Assembly: GCA_964036045.1 (NCBI GenBank)
Contig: OZ038378.1
Coordinates: 141,174,001 to 141,238,000 of the forward strand
Length of the DNA stretch: 64,000 bases
Reading direction: 5' to 3'
Source: Eutreptiella sp. 'Long Island Sound 2002'
Lineage: Eukaryota > Protista > Euglenida
Positions 11,600-24,862 of this stretch are shown piece by piece (the first letter of the stretch is position 1; each line of letters begins with the position of its first letter). Position numbers and translations under genes: made by a program. Under the pieces are notes generated by a model, which was not told the origin of the DNA, did not search any database, and was given only the letters and a program-made list of their open reading frames with translations.

Positions 11600-12800
11600 A
11601 TGGTGTCCAGCAAAAAGGCCATGATGCCATTAAGGGCGCCTGCATCTCTTGCTCCTACCCATGCTTCCACCAACTCAAGTGTGGTGTGTTTGATGCTGCT
11701 GGGGCCCAATTGGGCCGCTTCTTGCCGTGCTTTGGTGGAGTGATACAGAATCCTCCCCAACAGCACCCACTAGAGGCTCGCGCCGGCATGCCCCTATACA
11801 ACCGTTCGTGGATCACGGAATGCCCCCATACGGTGACCGGTTGGATTCTGGGGTCAAGGGGACTTACCCGTACTCCTCTTGTAATCATCGTCTAGCAACC
11901 GGCCATCGCTTCCCTGAGGGTTGCCGTGGCCCTTGCCTCTCCCTTACGAGATGAACCGCCACTCGTCCTCGGCAAGCTGCACAACGCCTCATGGCTTTGA
12001 GCATGGGGATAGAGTTGGTGAGATAAGTTCGACTGAATATAAGTGTAGCACCAATGGCGGAGTATCCCGCCGGTCCCACACTGCTAGCTCACGGTAGCCA
12101 TGCTGCCACTCAGACCCCCGGCCGAGGGAATAACCTTCAGGGGGTTTGAGCCCTGTTGCCCTGATCGGGACGCCCCGTGGGACCTGGTTATTGTACGTGG
12201 TAGCCCGGGGCGGGAGCGCACAACGCCGTGCGCGGTGCCAGGTGTGCTACCCAGAAAGCAGCAGTTACAACGGCAACGGGCTCACAGTATGTGTCCCGTC
12301 ACCTTGGCCGTCATTTTATACCCGCTCATGCCGTAAGAGCGGCCCATTGCAGCCCAGTTCACGCACACATCTCTGGCATGTGCAATGTGTCCCCCGCCCT
12401 TCCTATGGTGTCGTTATTCAACAGGACCCCAAGTACCGCATTTGCCACCCATGAGCCGTGCCCCCGGATGCCACCACCTGTCACCCCCCATTGTAAACAG
12501 CTGTACGCTCATTTGGGCCCCCTGCAAAGTCGGAGGACCGGCAAACCAGAGCTCAAGGCCGCCTTGCACAAACAAATGTCTGGCTCAACCGTGGGGCGTG
12601 ATGGCCAGTGCATGCACACAGGTCCCGCTTTAGCGAACTCTAGCCACTCTATGTGAAATGTCGTGACATGGCATGGTGGGCAGTAGGCTAGCCATGCAGT
12701 ATGCGGGAGTGACAGGACTCACATAGGGGCTTGGAGTACAGGACTCACATAGGGGCTTGGAGTCACATTGGCGAACCAACACAAGCTCAAGAATGGCACA
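11600..12800 (+). mobile_element. Dispersed ~1.2-kb repeat; rearranged copy at 35545-37020
   Basis: 11760-12560 matches the reverse complement of 36215-37015 (e.g. gctacccagaaagcagc.gttacaacggcaacgggctcaca). 12560-12800 matches 35545-35760 in direct orientation. Confidence 0.8.
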
Positions 12801-13260
12801 ACCTTGGCACGTGCGGCAGCACCGAGAGCGCCAACCGGCACATGTTAGAGTAGTCTTGCAACCAAAGGTCTCTCCATACAGTCCAGGAAGCATCGTGGTG
12901 CGACCAAAGTGCCGGCTTCAGGGCACATGCCGTGGCTCTATAGAGCAACTTCCACCCGGCATGCACCCGCGACACTGTGGGCATGAAAAGCGCCGCCTAC
13001 GCGTCACCCCGAGGAGACAGTTGGTGAGCCGGACCCAGCAAACCGTCATCGTCATGAAGGGTTCTTGGCATAGAGCCTCACATGTCACCGTAGTGCGCGT
13101 CCTACATAAGTTTTGTAACATGTATTCTTGCCTCTGTAGGTTTGGAAATAACCTGTAGACCCCGCCTGCATCTACCCGCGTAAAGAGCCCGGAAACATGC
13201 ATGGTGGCGGATAGGAACCTGCACCCGTAGTTTTGGGGATCTTGCCGGCCAAAAAGCCTC

Positions 13261-13445
13261 TAATTTTACTAGCAGTTCGTGTAGGTGCGGCCTTCAAGAC
13301 GACCCGTCATAAGTGCCCGTAACTTTACCCGCAGTTCGTGTAGGTGTTGCCTCCAAGATGACCCGTCATAACTGCCTGTAATTTTACCCGCAATTCATGT
13401 GGGTGTTGCCTTCCAATCGACGCGTCATAAATGCCCGTAATTTCA
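13261..13445. repeat. Three tandem 59-bp units
   Basis: taa.tttac..gca.ttc.tgt.ggtg..gcct..aa...gac.cgtcataa.tgcc.g at 13261, 13320 and 13379. Confidence 0.85.
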
Positions 13446-14723
13446 TCCACACTTTCTGTACATCCCTTGGAATCTTCTAAAACGAGTTTTCAACCCACGA
13501 CCTGTACCAACCACATTGTCTGCTTTTTTGCCCCATTTTCGGCAACAAATTGTGCCACCACAGCTCACGCATGACTGTTTGCCTCTCTTGCCTGGGCTTA
13601 AAACTATTCATGGACAAACAAATGCCGATATCCCCCTCCCCCAACCCCCAATCCCCCAACCCCACAATTGGCGGCGTTGTTTTTCTTTTTTTTGGTGTGC
13701 CGCCGCCCCACCCCCGCCCCCCTGAAAGTCGGATCCGTTGAGTCCTGGAGGCGCGGCTAACCCCAAGGATGTCAATGGGGATGAGCGATGCATGGATTCA
13801 GGTGGCATGTCTAGGGCACGGAGGACAGCCACTTTTGTGTTTTGTAACAACATTTTTTCCGCCCACTATTATGTTCACCCCGTATTGTTTTCCCTTCAAC
13901 ATATTAGCATGAAAATGTGTCCTTGTGATGGCCTCCCCTCATTTCCTTGGGTTGTTTGCAGTGATCTATTCAATGTCTGCCACGCACGCCAGCAAAACGG
14001 TGACCGCCGCTGAGGACCAGTGAGTGTAAGCTGACATAATAGGTCTACTGCCAGGCTGACGTATCTTTACAGTTTTCCAAGCCCTACACCCTGATGCCAA
14101 TGCCAAGGGATGCTTAGGGTGAGTGTGAGCGTTGCCCTGATGTAGCGCTCTAGAATTGATAGGTTGGGAATATGAAGCCGTACCGTACATTCATTTTGCC
14201 TGTTTTCTTTAAATTGAGTAGTGGTTTGGATTAGGCCATGAACGGTGGTTAATGGGCTTGGCCACTGATGACAATTTGCCTATTGGCTTGGCCATGATGC
14301 CATGTGCCGGGGAAGTGGATGTGGTGGGTAGTGGTTATAGACTGTGGTTGTGGGCCTATTGGGGTCGGCCACTATTAGTGGTTATGTGCCTTTCAGGCTT
14401 GGCCCCAAGTTAAGGAAGGTTGTGTCTGTATTGAGCTTGGCCACTGATGCTGGTTTTGCAACGTTGGTTTCGAGTATGGGATGGACTATAGAAAGTGGTT
14501 TGATTCTATTGGGTTCAGCAATCGGTAGTTTTACATATTATGCTTAGCAATTGACACTGGTTTTGTGCAATTGGGCTTGGCCATTTTTGGGAATCATGTG
14601 CCAGAACCATTAGTGGAAATGGCTATGGATGTGCTGTGACTATGAATAGTGGTTCTGGGCCCGTTGGACGGGGCCACTGACTTTGACTGTTGGGTTGCGT
14701 CACTCTTACTGGTGATGTGCTCA

Positions 14724-15046
14724 GGGGGGGCGTTTTTGCACAGCGCGCGCACGGCGCCAATTCTTACGCCAATTATTACGTTGTTTATCCCGGGAACACC
14801 CCTGAAAACCACCCACCTACAGAAGCGTGCATGATCCATTCAAAACAGCATCGGGGGTGCAAAATTCAGGACCCTGGGACCCGTGGCAAGCATCAGACTA
14901 AAACAGAAAATCCCTGGTGTACCAGCAGGGGGGCTGTAGGGTGCAGAATTCAGGACCCCGGGACCCGTGGCTACCGGTGGTGAAAACCAGCCAACTTTTC
15001 GCACAGCGCACGCACAGTGCGGGCACAGTGCATGGTGCACCCCCTA
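14724..15046. mobile_element. MITE-like repeat, family shared with 53851-54060
   Basis: cccgggaacacccctgaaaaccacccacctacagaagcgtgcatgatccattcaaaacagcatc is identical in both copies. This copy has an internal duplication of aattcaggaccc.gggacccgtggc. Confidence 0.8.
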
Positions 15047-18000
15047 AGGGACCTTGAGACCACAAGGTTATGTCACTTCTGTGATGCCTCCTTGCTTTCG
15101 GGACCCCAGCACTCTGATGGATTGAGGTTGAGAATGAGATTGATGATGACCATTAATGTGAAAGCAGGATGATGGGGGCAAATGCCAATCTCACATGGTG
15201 ACTAAGATATGACAGGCAATTCAAGCATGAATGCAACAATTGAGCATCATTGATGGTAGGTTTATGTCACTTGTCTGAATTGAGCATAATCATAATGATG
15301 GTCATGCTGGTGGCATCATGGGTCATCATGTGATTTTGACATTCTGACCTAAAATGGCCGAATCAACCAAAATCCATCCAAAGGTGACCAGAGACCGTGC
15401 AATGCTGTACAGCACCAAACAGACTGGGTGTGGTCTGGTCCGACTTGTCGGGGCAATGCTGGAGGAGCAAGAGGGTTTTGCTTAACCTCGGGCGGGGGGC
15501 GAGGGGGGTCTGGGGGACCCACCCACCCAGGCCAGGCCACCCAAATGTACTGGAGGAAAAAAGTAAAGTTTTGAATAGAGAGCTAAAAAATGAAGACCCA
15601 TTTGACGTACATAAACGCTTGTTCCGCTCATATCCCCCCTCCCCCTCCCTTGTTGGGTAGGCCACAGTAACCAAAACCATCAGCAGAGTAACCAAAAGCA
15701 TCAGCACGGCTTCGATGGATACAACAAGGGAAAACAGCAAAATGTGGATGCACAACGATTGGGACCCGCAGTTGGGGGAATGTTTGCCCGGCGCGCGCCC
15801 AGTGCGCTACCTTTGTATTAAGTATCCCATTTCTAGCCCCTAGTTTATCCCCACCTAGGGAAGTCCCCCAAGTAGACCGCACCAGACCGCAAACCTTCCG
15901 TGCCAAGCACGTTGCATAAGCCGAAATATGAGAATTCAACAACACGAAGTGGCACTCCCACCACTTCCAGCCACCACCCTTGTCATCATCATAAACTGGG
16001 TGCCAAGGATGGGCCAGATTCTTAGACACTGCGAGAAGGTAATCCAGATTGTTTGGTGAGGGGGGGGGCAAAAACAGGCACGGGTGGAGAATGGTCAAAA
16101 AAAGATGCCCGGCGCGAGCTACTACTGCCCCATCAGCACAGCATGTGCCCTTCAGTGAATGTGGGAGCATAGCGGAGACAATTAATGTCAGACATGTAAC
16201 ATGGGACAGACACCTGAGGCGAGTGTCTGTAGTTGCCCAGGGTCCACTGCTATGCCCTGCCACAGTGGAGTGAGCCAGTCAAGTGGACGTCCCACAGTCC
16301 ACCTCCCTCCTAGTAGCCAGTAAACTGCACGATACAGGGTGCCTTTGGGCCCCTCATTGGGAAAATTTGGAACTGAGCAGCTGAGTCAGTCAGCTGATTC
16401 AGTTGGGGAGCGCGCCCCTTTTCGGCTCAAACAAGAAAAAGTCGGCACCCATTCGTACCGCAATGACCAGAGATAGGCGTCATGAGATGAATGTGCATAT
16501 CTCTTCAATAGCCCCGCTTTGGCAATGCCTCATGATCCGATGCGTGCTCACATGGCACATGGCAGACCTCAGCCACCAGCCCTTGTCTTGCATGTCTACC
16601 ATTGACATCCACGTGGGGGATCGCTGGTGGGGCAGTTGAAGGTGGTGTACAAATGCACATGGGTCATATCAGGTTAGGTCGGGCCGCACCAACATCCACT
16701 GGCCGTAGGTCCACCCGGGTGGACAGGGGATGCGTAGTCGGCACCACTTTGCGTACCCAAGGAGGGGTAGGCTCAAAACGGACGTGGGTACAAACCAGCG
16801 AAACAGACAAAATGCAGCTCAGTAGTGCGCAGGGCTTTGCTGCAACCTGAAATCACCCAGAGTATCGCTCTCCATCGGCGAGCATCCCCTCAACACACAA
16901 CACAAACACGCACACACACACACACACACACATAGTCAGCGGGTTAGTTAGCGGGGGGGCGGGGCTTGCCCGCTGCCCGAAAGTGCAATTGGCCAACTCT
17001 CAAGTCACGACATGGTTACAAATCGCAAGGTTTCAAAAAATACAAATGCCAAAAGCAAACCCTGGGGGATGCGGAGGCATGCTGCAGCATGTTAGAGCTG
17101 AGGAAGCAGGAGTCGATCTCCTGTTCCCCGGCGACGAGCCTGCTGACGAGAGCCCGCCTGTGCTGCCTGCGCAGGAAGTACGTTCGAGTTTGCGGTGGGA
17201 CTTAGAGTGGGCGTCAGGGCAGCGGACGTTGTGAGGGCAACGAAAGGTAACCCAGAGCGTGGACTACTTTTCTGTGGAGACACAGATCGCTGAGTCTCGG
17301 AGAACTGCACAACACGGCGGCAAAATGGGTGGCCTCGGGCTGTGTGACAACGTCGCAGCACCACCTTCCCTCTGTGCGCCTCCCTCACACACTTCATAAC
17401 ACATTCCCCCGAACGAAACATCACCCCACGCACGACATTCCCTCACTTCTGCGGATGAGGGACCCAACCGCCGTCGTCGGCAACCAGGCGGCATGTGGGG
17501 GGAGGCCAGGATGGAATAGAGCGACTGCATTCCATCCGGCCCACCCCAAGCTCTGGGAGAACACGGCGGGTGGCAGGTTGGTTTGTGAAAAAGTGTCGTT
17601 TTTTTTGGGTTTTTTTGTGTTTTTTGGTATTTTCTGCGGTGCTTTCCACCCAAAATGGGTTTGTTTTAGCATGCTTCGTGGCGGAAGGTGGGGGGCACAA
17701 CCAATGGATACTGCCAGATCCCCCGCCCGTCCCTCCTGACCACCCGCCGCACCCGTCCGTCTGTCCGTCCCGCCCGTCCGTCTGTGTCTGTCCCGTCCGC
17801 CCGTCCCGCCCGTCTGTCCGTCCAGCACGTCCGTCCGTCCAGCCTGTCCCATGGGGTGTGCCCAGGCATACGCCGACGCCGACCCCCACCGATTGTGGAG
17901 CCCCTGCACCCACTGGCCTACTGGCAGACACATGCCCAAGAGCATGCTGGCATCCATCCTCCCAATGGCGTCGCCACCAGCAGGTTCGCTACGTCAACCA

Positions 18001-20660
18001 AAGACGTTGTTCGGTCCCACGGCATCCCCATGACGCCGACTGCGAGCGGTTGACCACCAACAGCCACATGGCACACGTACCAGAGGCACCGGGAACAACC
18101 AAAGCTCAGAAAGAAACCCAACACGGGCGTGGGAAACCCCCTTACTTACCGGGGGGGGGGGGGGGGGGCGACCCCTCGGGTTTGGAGACCAACCCTTTGG
18201 GGGGGGGGGGGCTCCGGGAGGGGCGATTTGGGGGGGGGGTTACATGCCCCCAAGGCCAAGCGCTCGTTAACCACAGGCTCCCCTAACCTCCCCTTGCCCT
18301 CTCTCTCCCCATACCATCCCCTACCCCTACCCCAAACAAGCTGCTTCGGCCATGCCAGCCACGGTGGTGGCGTGGAAAAAGCCCCCCCCCCCGCAAACCC
18401 CCCGTGTCCTCCACCCGCGACCCCAGGAAGCCATGCCCCCGGCAATGTGCCTCATGCCGTTCCATTCTGGACCACTGTCCTGAACCCAAAAAAACTTGCA
18501 TTCGCATTGGCTAGGGCTTCGAGCTACGCCGAGGCTCCGGCGCCTGTTGGAACTTGCGGGGGCCAGGGCATGTCAGACCCCCTTCTGTCCCGTTGGCTGC
18601 CCGAGCTACTGCATTGCCTCGGCTTCAGTGCCGAGCGGGCGTCCGTGACGTCACGTCGGGTGCCCAACTCCACTGGACCCCCACAAACGCAAAATGTCAC
18701 CCGCCCTGCGTCTACGTGTGGGAGCGGCGCTGCACGCCTCCTGCGCTCCTTCTCATGTGTACCCGCTGGCGTCGAAGCGTGAACCGAGGGCACTCGGCGC
18801 TCAGACGCCCCTTCCTGCTCCTTTCTGCCGCGGGACAAGGGGGTTGGTCCCTGTTGCATTGTGCAGGTCTGGGCAGTGCAAAGGAAGGCCTCGGGATGAA
18901 AAGGTTGGTGCGCAGTGCAGGGCGCCCCACAGCGGATGGCAATGCGGATGCCACGCAGTCCCTCGGTATCGCCCACCGCGACGCTGTGTCGAACCCCTCA
19001 GCCCTTTGACTGGTACGCAGTCTGCCGCTCTGCTGTCCGCTATCGGTTCCCAAGCCCCAAGGCGCGTCCCTCCATGGGCCAGAGCACACCTGTTGTGCCA
19101 CGGCATAGGCACCCCCGAGGCTCCAAAGCGGGAGGACCCTGCAACGCATGCAGGAAGGGGACAGCGGTTCCGGGCTCTGGGCTGTGCAGAGGGGTCAGAG
19201 CTGCGTGCGAGCGCCCGGACTGCACGACCGCCACAAACACAGTGTATGCGTTCCCTAATTGTTGCGGGTGGGGGGGGGGGGGCGGCTTCCAGCGGGCGCC
19301 GGATTCGTGGGGTTGTTGGGCCCTGGTGAGGGGTGGGGTGGTTGGCGGGCGGTTGATGTTAGTGAAGGGCTGTGGCGGGTGTTGAGGTGTCGCGGGATGT
19401 AGAGGAGCGGAGAAGGTCGTTGTAGGTGGTGAGGGATTGCATGGATTGATGGATGGATGGATGGCGCATGTGGGCGCCTCATTTGCTCAGCAGCACCCCG
19501 GGCTACTTCCCGAAGGCTGCACCCATGGGGGCAACTTAACTTGGGGCAATGCACTATCAGTGCCGCAGGGCAAACCGGGCACCAGGGTGCAGTGAAGAGA
19601 GGGGCGTGGATGAGGAGGAGAGGACGAGGGGATGCACCCTCTGTCGGGCAACTTGAGACGGCCAGCCCCCCACCCTCCCGGGCGCCGTCTATCGGGCAAC
19701 TCTGAGCAGACAGAGCCCCCTCCGGCCGCCGGAAACCCCTTCTCCGGTCTGTTCGCGATGGCGAGGCACCTTTCGACCCCCGCACCACAGCACTTGGGTG
19801 TGGGAGTGCTGAGGTGTTGCAGGGCTGGTGGGGGCGGGGGTGAAGGCTGGGCGTGCATTGGGAACCGGATGCGTGTCCAAGACACCCCCATCCGCTGTGC
19901 GGGCGTGCCTGCCCTACACCCTGTCTCTGGGCAGAAATGCGGCACGTACAATAGGGCCCCATCGGAGTTGGGCCAGAGGCACGTCTAGTGTCAAACACAT
20001 TGATTGCAGGCAGAACTTCCATCGTGTGGGGGGCGTGTCCAACAGCGCCCATTGCAGGGGCCATTGTACATGAGGGGGCACTGCACACGAGGGGGAGGGC
20101 GGTGCCAGCGGCTATGGAGGACGGTCCATGCAAAAAGCGGTACTACGCTCCCCCAGTACGACCAGTACAACCAGTGGGAAAGAGCTCCTAGGCCTGGCCG
20201 TCTCTGGGTTGGTGGCCCCGCTCTGGTCTCTGTGTTCCTCTGCCTTGCTGTGTTGCACTGCTAGGCCCGATCGAGCACAAGCACTCGCGCAAAAGCCTGC
20301 AGCGATGTTGGGGATGGTTCCTGCCCGTGGCCGGCCGGGAGGCGGGCACCGCTGTGATCAGTTGAGTCAACCTGCCAGGGTCCTCGTGATAGGGTTGAGC
20401 AGACCCTCGCGGTGAGGGCCACATTTGGCATGAGCAAACTGGCAGGGGTGATTGCCGCGACCACCACCCGGGGGTCTACGGCACGGGTGCCGCACCACGG
20501 TCGGGGGACTGAGCGAAGGTTGATGCCGTATGGATCCTTAATGTCTTGCCCACCACGACCCGCCGCCGATGGAGAAACAGAAATGGTGGGGTCAAGCGGC
20601 TGCAGTACCCCCCCCCCCCCCCTTGCACCAGCATGGCCTTGCCGAAGTACATTGACCACC

Positions 20661-20678
20661 TAACCCTAACCCTAACCC
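20661..20678. repeat. Interstitial telomere-like (TAACCC)3
   Basis: taaccctaaccctaaccc. Confidence 0.6.
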
Positions 20679-22205
20679 GTGCTACTATCGTTTCTCTGTC
20701 CATAGTTTTTGCAGTCAAGAACTCAACATGACGTGGTTGTGTGTGCCAGTTTGTGGAGGGAAAGAAGGGCTGCGTCATGCCTTTGGCGGACCTTCAGGAG
20801 AAGATTGACACCACATCATGCGGTGAAGAATAAACGGGTGACTGCCCAGGGCCCCGTTAAAAAACCACAGATGGACTATATGTCACACCGGGGCACACAG
20901 TAAGGGCAGTTAAAGGTCCCAAGCACTCGGGTGAAGCTGGCGAAGCGGCGGGAGCGGAGGTAGTGGGCAGCGGCTGGCCTGGAGCCCAGTCCACCCCCTC
21001 ACAGGGGGACACTGTACGCGCGGGGGTGTCCACACAATGGGCCGGCTTAACACAAAAGGGGAGGGAGGGCTGGAGCCAACAGCCCGCGGCCACAAAACTA
21101 AAACAAAACAGAATCGTGATGACCTCACAACGCTGCAAAGCGCAGACGGCTGAAGGATAGGCCGTCCGTGTGCACAGACCGGGAGGGGGCTCCTCCTGCA
21201 ACGGCATTCCTGGGCTTCGTGCTGGACCCAGTCATCCCCATCATCGTCACGACTGTTGTACTCCAGGACATGCAAAAACAGCGCAGCACATGTGCCTCAA
21301 GCGGGCTGCTTTGGGCAGGGCGGCGTGCGTCGAGCTCCACTCCAATCACATGAGGCCCTGTCCTGGGGCCCTGTGCGGGACGCGCCCTGCGGGCCCCGGC
21401 CCCACAATCGGTAGGAGGTCCGCCGCCCCCTTGCTACAGGGCGCTCTTCAATCGCAGGCTGACCCCAGGGCATAAGCGGAACTCAGATTCCCATGTCACG
21501 TCAGGGGGCGGGATCAGGGGGTGCGTGACCTCCCGCGCCTCCTCCCCCCAGGACCGTACACTGCAGCGCGCTTACTGGCACCGCTGAGCCACAGGCCGGA
21601 ACACTGCGTCAACGACAGCCTGAAAAGCAGTGCCCGTCCGTGCCCCTCCCCCCCCCGATGCGGTCCCAGGGTGTTGATGGTGTGTGGTTTGCGTGTGCCT
21701 CGCCCTCCGGGCCTCATCCCAAGCCCTTTCTCCGCCGGTGGGGGGGGCTTTGGGACGACAAAGCGGTTGGACGAGGGCACAGACGATCTCCAGGTGCCCG
21801 TACGCCATCACCCGCCGTTCCTGTCGGTACGTCGCTTCCGGATCCCGTTTGACCAGCCAACACTTCATGCCCCACTTAAACTTCGAACCAAGACAACCGA
21901 TCAAACGGAAGCTCCATGACCACTTCCCAGAGGCTTGTTTCAGAAGAGGCGAAGGGGGAGGGGCTGAGATCCGAAGGTTTGTGCACCAAAGATGGCCCAA
22001 CAAGCTTTTCCCTTTACAAAAATTCATTGTTCCCCCGAGGAATTGTTAGACGAACCCGCTGGAGTGGGGGAAGGCTGGGCTGAGCGGGGGGGGGGGGGGG
22101 GGGATCCTCCTCCTCACCTTCTTCGGTGTCCAGCACAAGCCTGCTACATGCATAGCCGCAGCTCATCCCTCCACCTGCGGTGAAACTCCTCAAGCCAGAC
22201 GCCGT

Positions 22206-22553
22206 TCAGAGCTCGGGACAGACACCCTCTACTCCTGCCGCCCCTGCCTCGGCTGCCGATCTGACCTTGACCCGGGTCCTGCACCCCTGACAGCGCACAC
22301 ACCGTTTCTGGGAGCGGGGGCACGGCCGCTTCAACGGGCCAGGGCGACCCGCGATGCTGCTCTCCCGCTCCCGCTCGTACCTGGGGTACGTCTGCGACAG
22401 CGGGTTCTTGCGGAACGACCCCACGTTGTGCGAGTTGAGGCGGGACAAGGGGGTCTCGGCCCGCGGCACAGCGCCGTGGCCGGAGATCATGGAGAGGGTG
22501 GGCGTGGGGGGCGGGTGTCCGGAAGGCCACGGCAGCGCCAGGTCCGATGTTTG
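22206..22553 (-). CDS. Coiled-coil gene 2, probable terminal exon
   Basis: TTTGCAG|CAA phase-0 acceptor. QTSDLALPWPSGHPPPTPTLSMISGHGAVPRAETPLSRLNSHNVGSFRKNPLSQTYPRYERERESSIAG... to a stop at 22206. An internal donor cannot be excluded. Confidence 0.55.
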   Translation of the reverse strand, partial: QTSDLALPWPSGHPPPTPTLSMISGHGAVPRAETPLSRLNSHNVGSFRKNPLSQTYPRYERERESSIAGRPGPLKRPCPRSQKRCVRCQGCRTRVKVRSAAEAGAAGVEGVCPEL

Positions 22554-23714
22554 CTGCAAAGAGGGCGCCACAGAACAGGGGCCCCGGTGGCCGAGCAGCA
22601 CGGGACTGCAGCCTCGGGCAGCACTGGCCCCCGGGACACGCTTGAGCGGGGGGGCAGGGGGTTGCAAACAACCCGGTCTAAGGGCCATGTGGGGCGGTCT
22701 GAAGAGGTTGGCAGGGCTGACCATCACCCCAGTGGGGGTGGGGGTGTGGGGGTGGGGGGGGGGGTTTAAGGGCAAGCTGCCTGGCCCTGTGGCACCGCAG
22801 TCCATTTCAGGACCCGGTCCTGCTGTTTGTCGGTCGCCAGCTCCACAGACACACATTGTCATGGCCTATCTGGAGGCCAACGGCGGACGTGTTGAGCCAT
22901 CGGTCGGCAGTTGTCAGGCAACCGCAATACCGCAGCAGACGGCGATACCAACTGCTGTTGTGGGCTGACGGACGTCGGTTGCGCTGGATGATTTCTAACC
23001 AAAATAAACAAAAAGGAAATGCATTGTGTAGGACACGGGTCCAACAACACAAGGACAATTGGAGCAAGGGACTTCTACTGGAACTCAAAGGATGGATGGT
23101 ACCCGCGCCATAACACAATGGCCGGAGCCCAAAACCTGATGGAAACCACGCCTCAAGTGTTGTTTGAACAGGGGTATTGCCTCTGCACTGCGGTCCACAA
23201 TCACGTGCAATAGGATGGCCGGCAGCCAAAGCGTTGGCACGGAGAAATATAGGCAAAACGGAAACATGAAGTGTTTATTGCTGCCTGGTGCTGTTGTTGT
23301 TGTTGTTGTTGTTGTTGTTGCCAGCTGTAGGGGGAGAGGTGTGCAGGAATACATTTTTCCTCCGTTCTACACCCCTCTTCCGGCCACGCATCTTGGTCTT
23401 CTCTTTCCACGTGTGTTGTCCCTGTGACAAGGCTTATGGGTCGCCATGGGCTGAATCTGGGCTAAACCACTTGTGGCGGCATCTCAAGTGGCCCACAATC
23501 ACTTTTGGCAACAAAATGCCTGTGGCCCCTTTTTTGACCCTATTCGGGTCACAAAATGGCCTATTTTCAAGGCTTGGGCAAAGCGGGCGATAAGCACTTT
23601 CCCAAATCCAAAGGTTGGGCCCAGAGCTCCACGATGGCGGCCTAGGGACCAGCAGTTTTGGGCATTCGTCGATGAACTTCCACTAGCCTATGTATAGAGG
23701 TCGGGGAGCTGGGA

Positions 23715-24345
23715 GGTGTCGCCAAAATCGCGAATGTTGCCAAAGTGTCGCGAAAGTGTCGCGAATGTCGCGAAAGTGTCACGAAAGTGTCGCGAGAGTC
23801 GCGGAAGTTGGAAAAGTCGCGGAAGTCGCGAAAGGGTCGCGACGGTGTCGCGCGAATGTTGCAAAAGTGTTGCGAAAGTGTTGCAAAAGTGACGCGAAAG
23901 TGTCGCGAAACGCGACTTTCGCGACTTTTGCGATACTTTGGCGACACTTTTGCGCCTTTCGCGACACTTTCGCGACACTTTCGCCACACTTTCGCGACAC
24001 TTTGGCGACAATTTCACGACATTTGCGACAGATACTTTGGCAGTGTTCGCGACACTTTCGCGACACTTTTGCGACACTTTCGCGACACTTTCACGACATT
24101 TGCAACTTTTGCGACACTTTCGCGACATTCGCGACACTTTCGCAACTTTCGCAACTTTTGCGACACTTTCGCGACACTTTGCGACATTCGGGACACTTTT
24201 GCGACACTTTCGCAACTTTCGAGACTTTCGCGACACTTTCGTGACACTTTTGCGACTTTCGTGACACTTTCGCCACATTCGCGACACTTTCGCGACTTTT
24301 GCAACACTTTCGCGACACTTTTGCGACATTCGCGACACTTCTGCC
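23715..24345. mobile_element. Foldback-like element: inverted arms of an 11-bp AAAGTGTCGCG minisatellite
   Basis: Left arm reads aaagtgtcgcg and right arm reads cgcgacacttt, switching at ~23910. Confidence 0.8.
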
Positions 24346-24360
24346 CCCCCACCCCCCCCG

Positions 24361-24590
24361 GCCCCCCCCCTCAAAAAAGTGTTGTCCAGTTTTGGGGGAT
24401 AGAGGCCTCAGAATGAAAAAATCCATTGGGGGATTGTCTTATTGGGCAAAATAATGATTTTACAAGGGGTTGGACATCAAATATCATGCCTTGGGGTATG
24501 CTACGCGAATGACCCCAAAAAAGGGGGGTATACGACGCCCGCGCCTGCGCTTGATCTAACAACCTCTCTTCGAGGTGATTTTGGGTTGAC
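24361..24590. mobile_element. Dispersed repeat; second copy at 28835-29270 contains an extra 219 bp
   Basis: Shared gaggcctcagaat.aaaaaatccatt...atcatgccttggggtatgcta and cgcttgatctaacaacctctcttcgaggtgattt. Confidence 0.85.
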
Positions 24591-24727
24591 CAAGTGACGC
24601 CCCCCCCCCCCCCCCGTGGAACGACAAGGGGTGGGGAACGACGGGGGGGGGGGTACGTACTCTTGGAAGGGAGTGGGAATTACATGTACAAACCACAGCA
24701 CACACACAAACACACACAAAGACACAC

Positions 24728-24862
24728 CAGGGGAGAACTGAGCGATAGTTCCTGGTCAAGTTGATTGATGATGTCCTGCAGCCGGCATTTGTGCTTCATT
24801 CTTGTGGCCTCCTGTTCCGCAGAAATCATACCTTTGGTGATATTTTGCCATCTCGAGCCCTC
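24728..24862 (-). CDS. Coiled-coil gene 2, exon
   Basis: CATGCAG|GAG...CTG|GTGTGT, 135 nt: EGSRWQNITKGMISAEQEATRMKHKCRLQDIINQLDQELSLSSPL. In frame with both neighbours. Confidence 0.75.

Noticed and set aside
18100-18120. Second TTTCTGAG match to the spliced leader
   Set aside because: Only 8-9 nt match, no T-tract and no downstream ORF; expected by chance.
18550-19260. Ankyrin-like GWSLLHCA and Cys-rich CNACRK...LC...CERPDC motifs
   Set aside because: Single short motifs in different frames with no splice support.
21770-21945. Protein-like minus frame (KWGMKCWLVKRDPEATYRQERRVMAYGHLEIV)
   Set aside because: Downstream of gene 2's apparent stop, with no clear splice sites or family motif.
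23642-24426. RKCRES/FATLSRH-rich ORFs
   Set aside because: Artefacts of the 11-bp inverted minisatellite.
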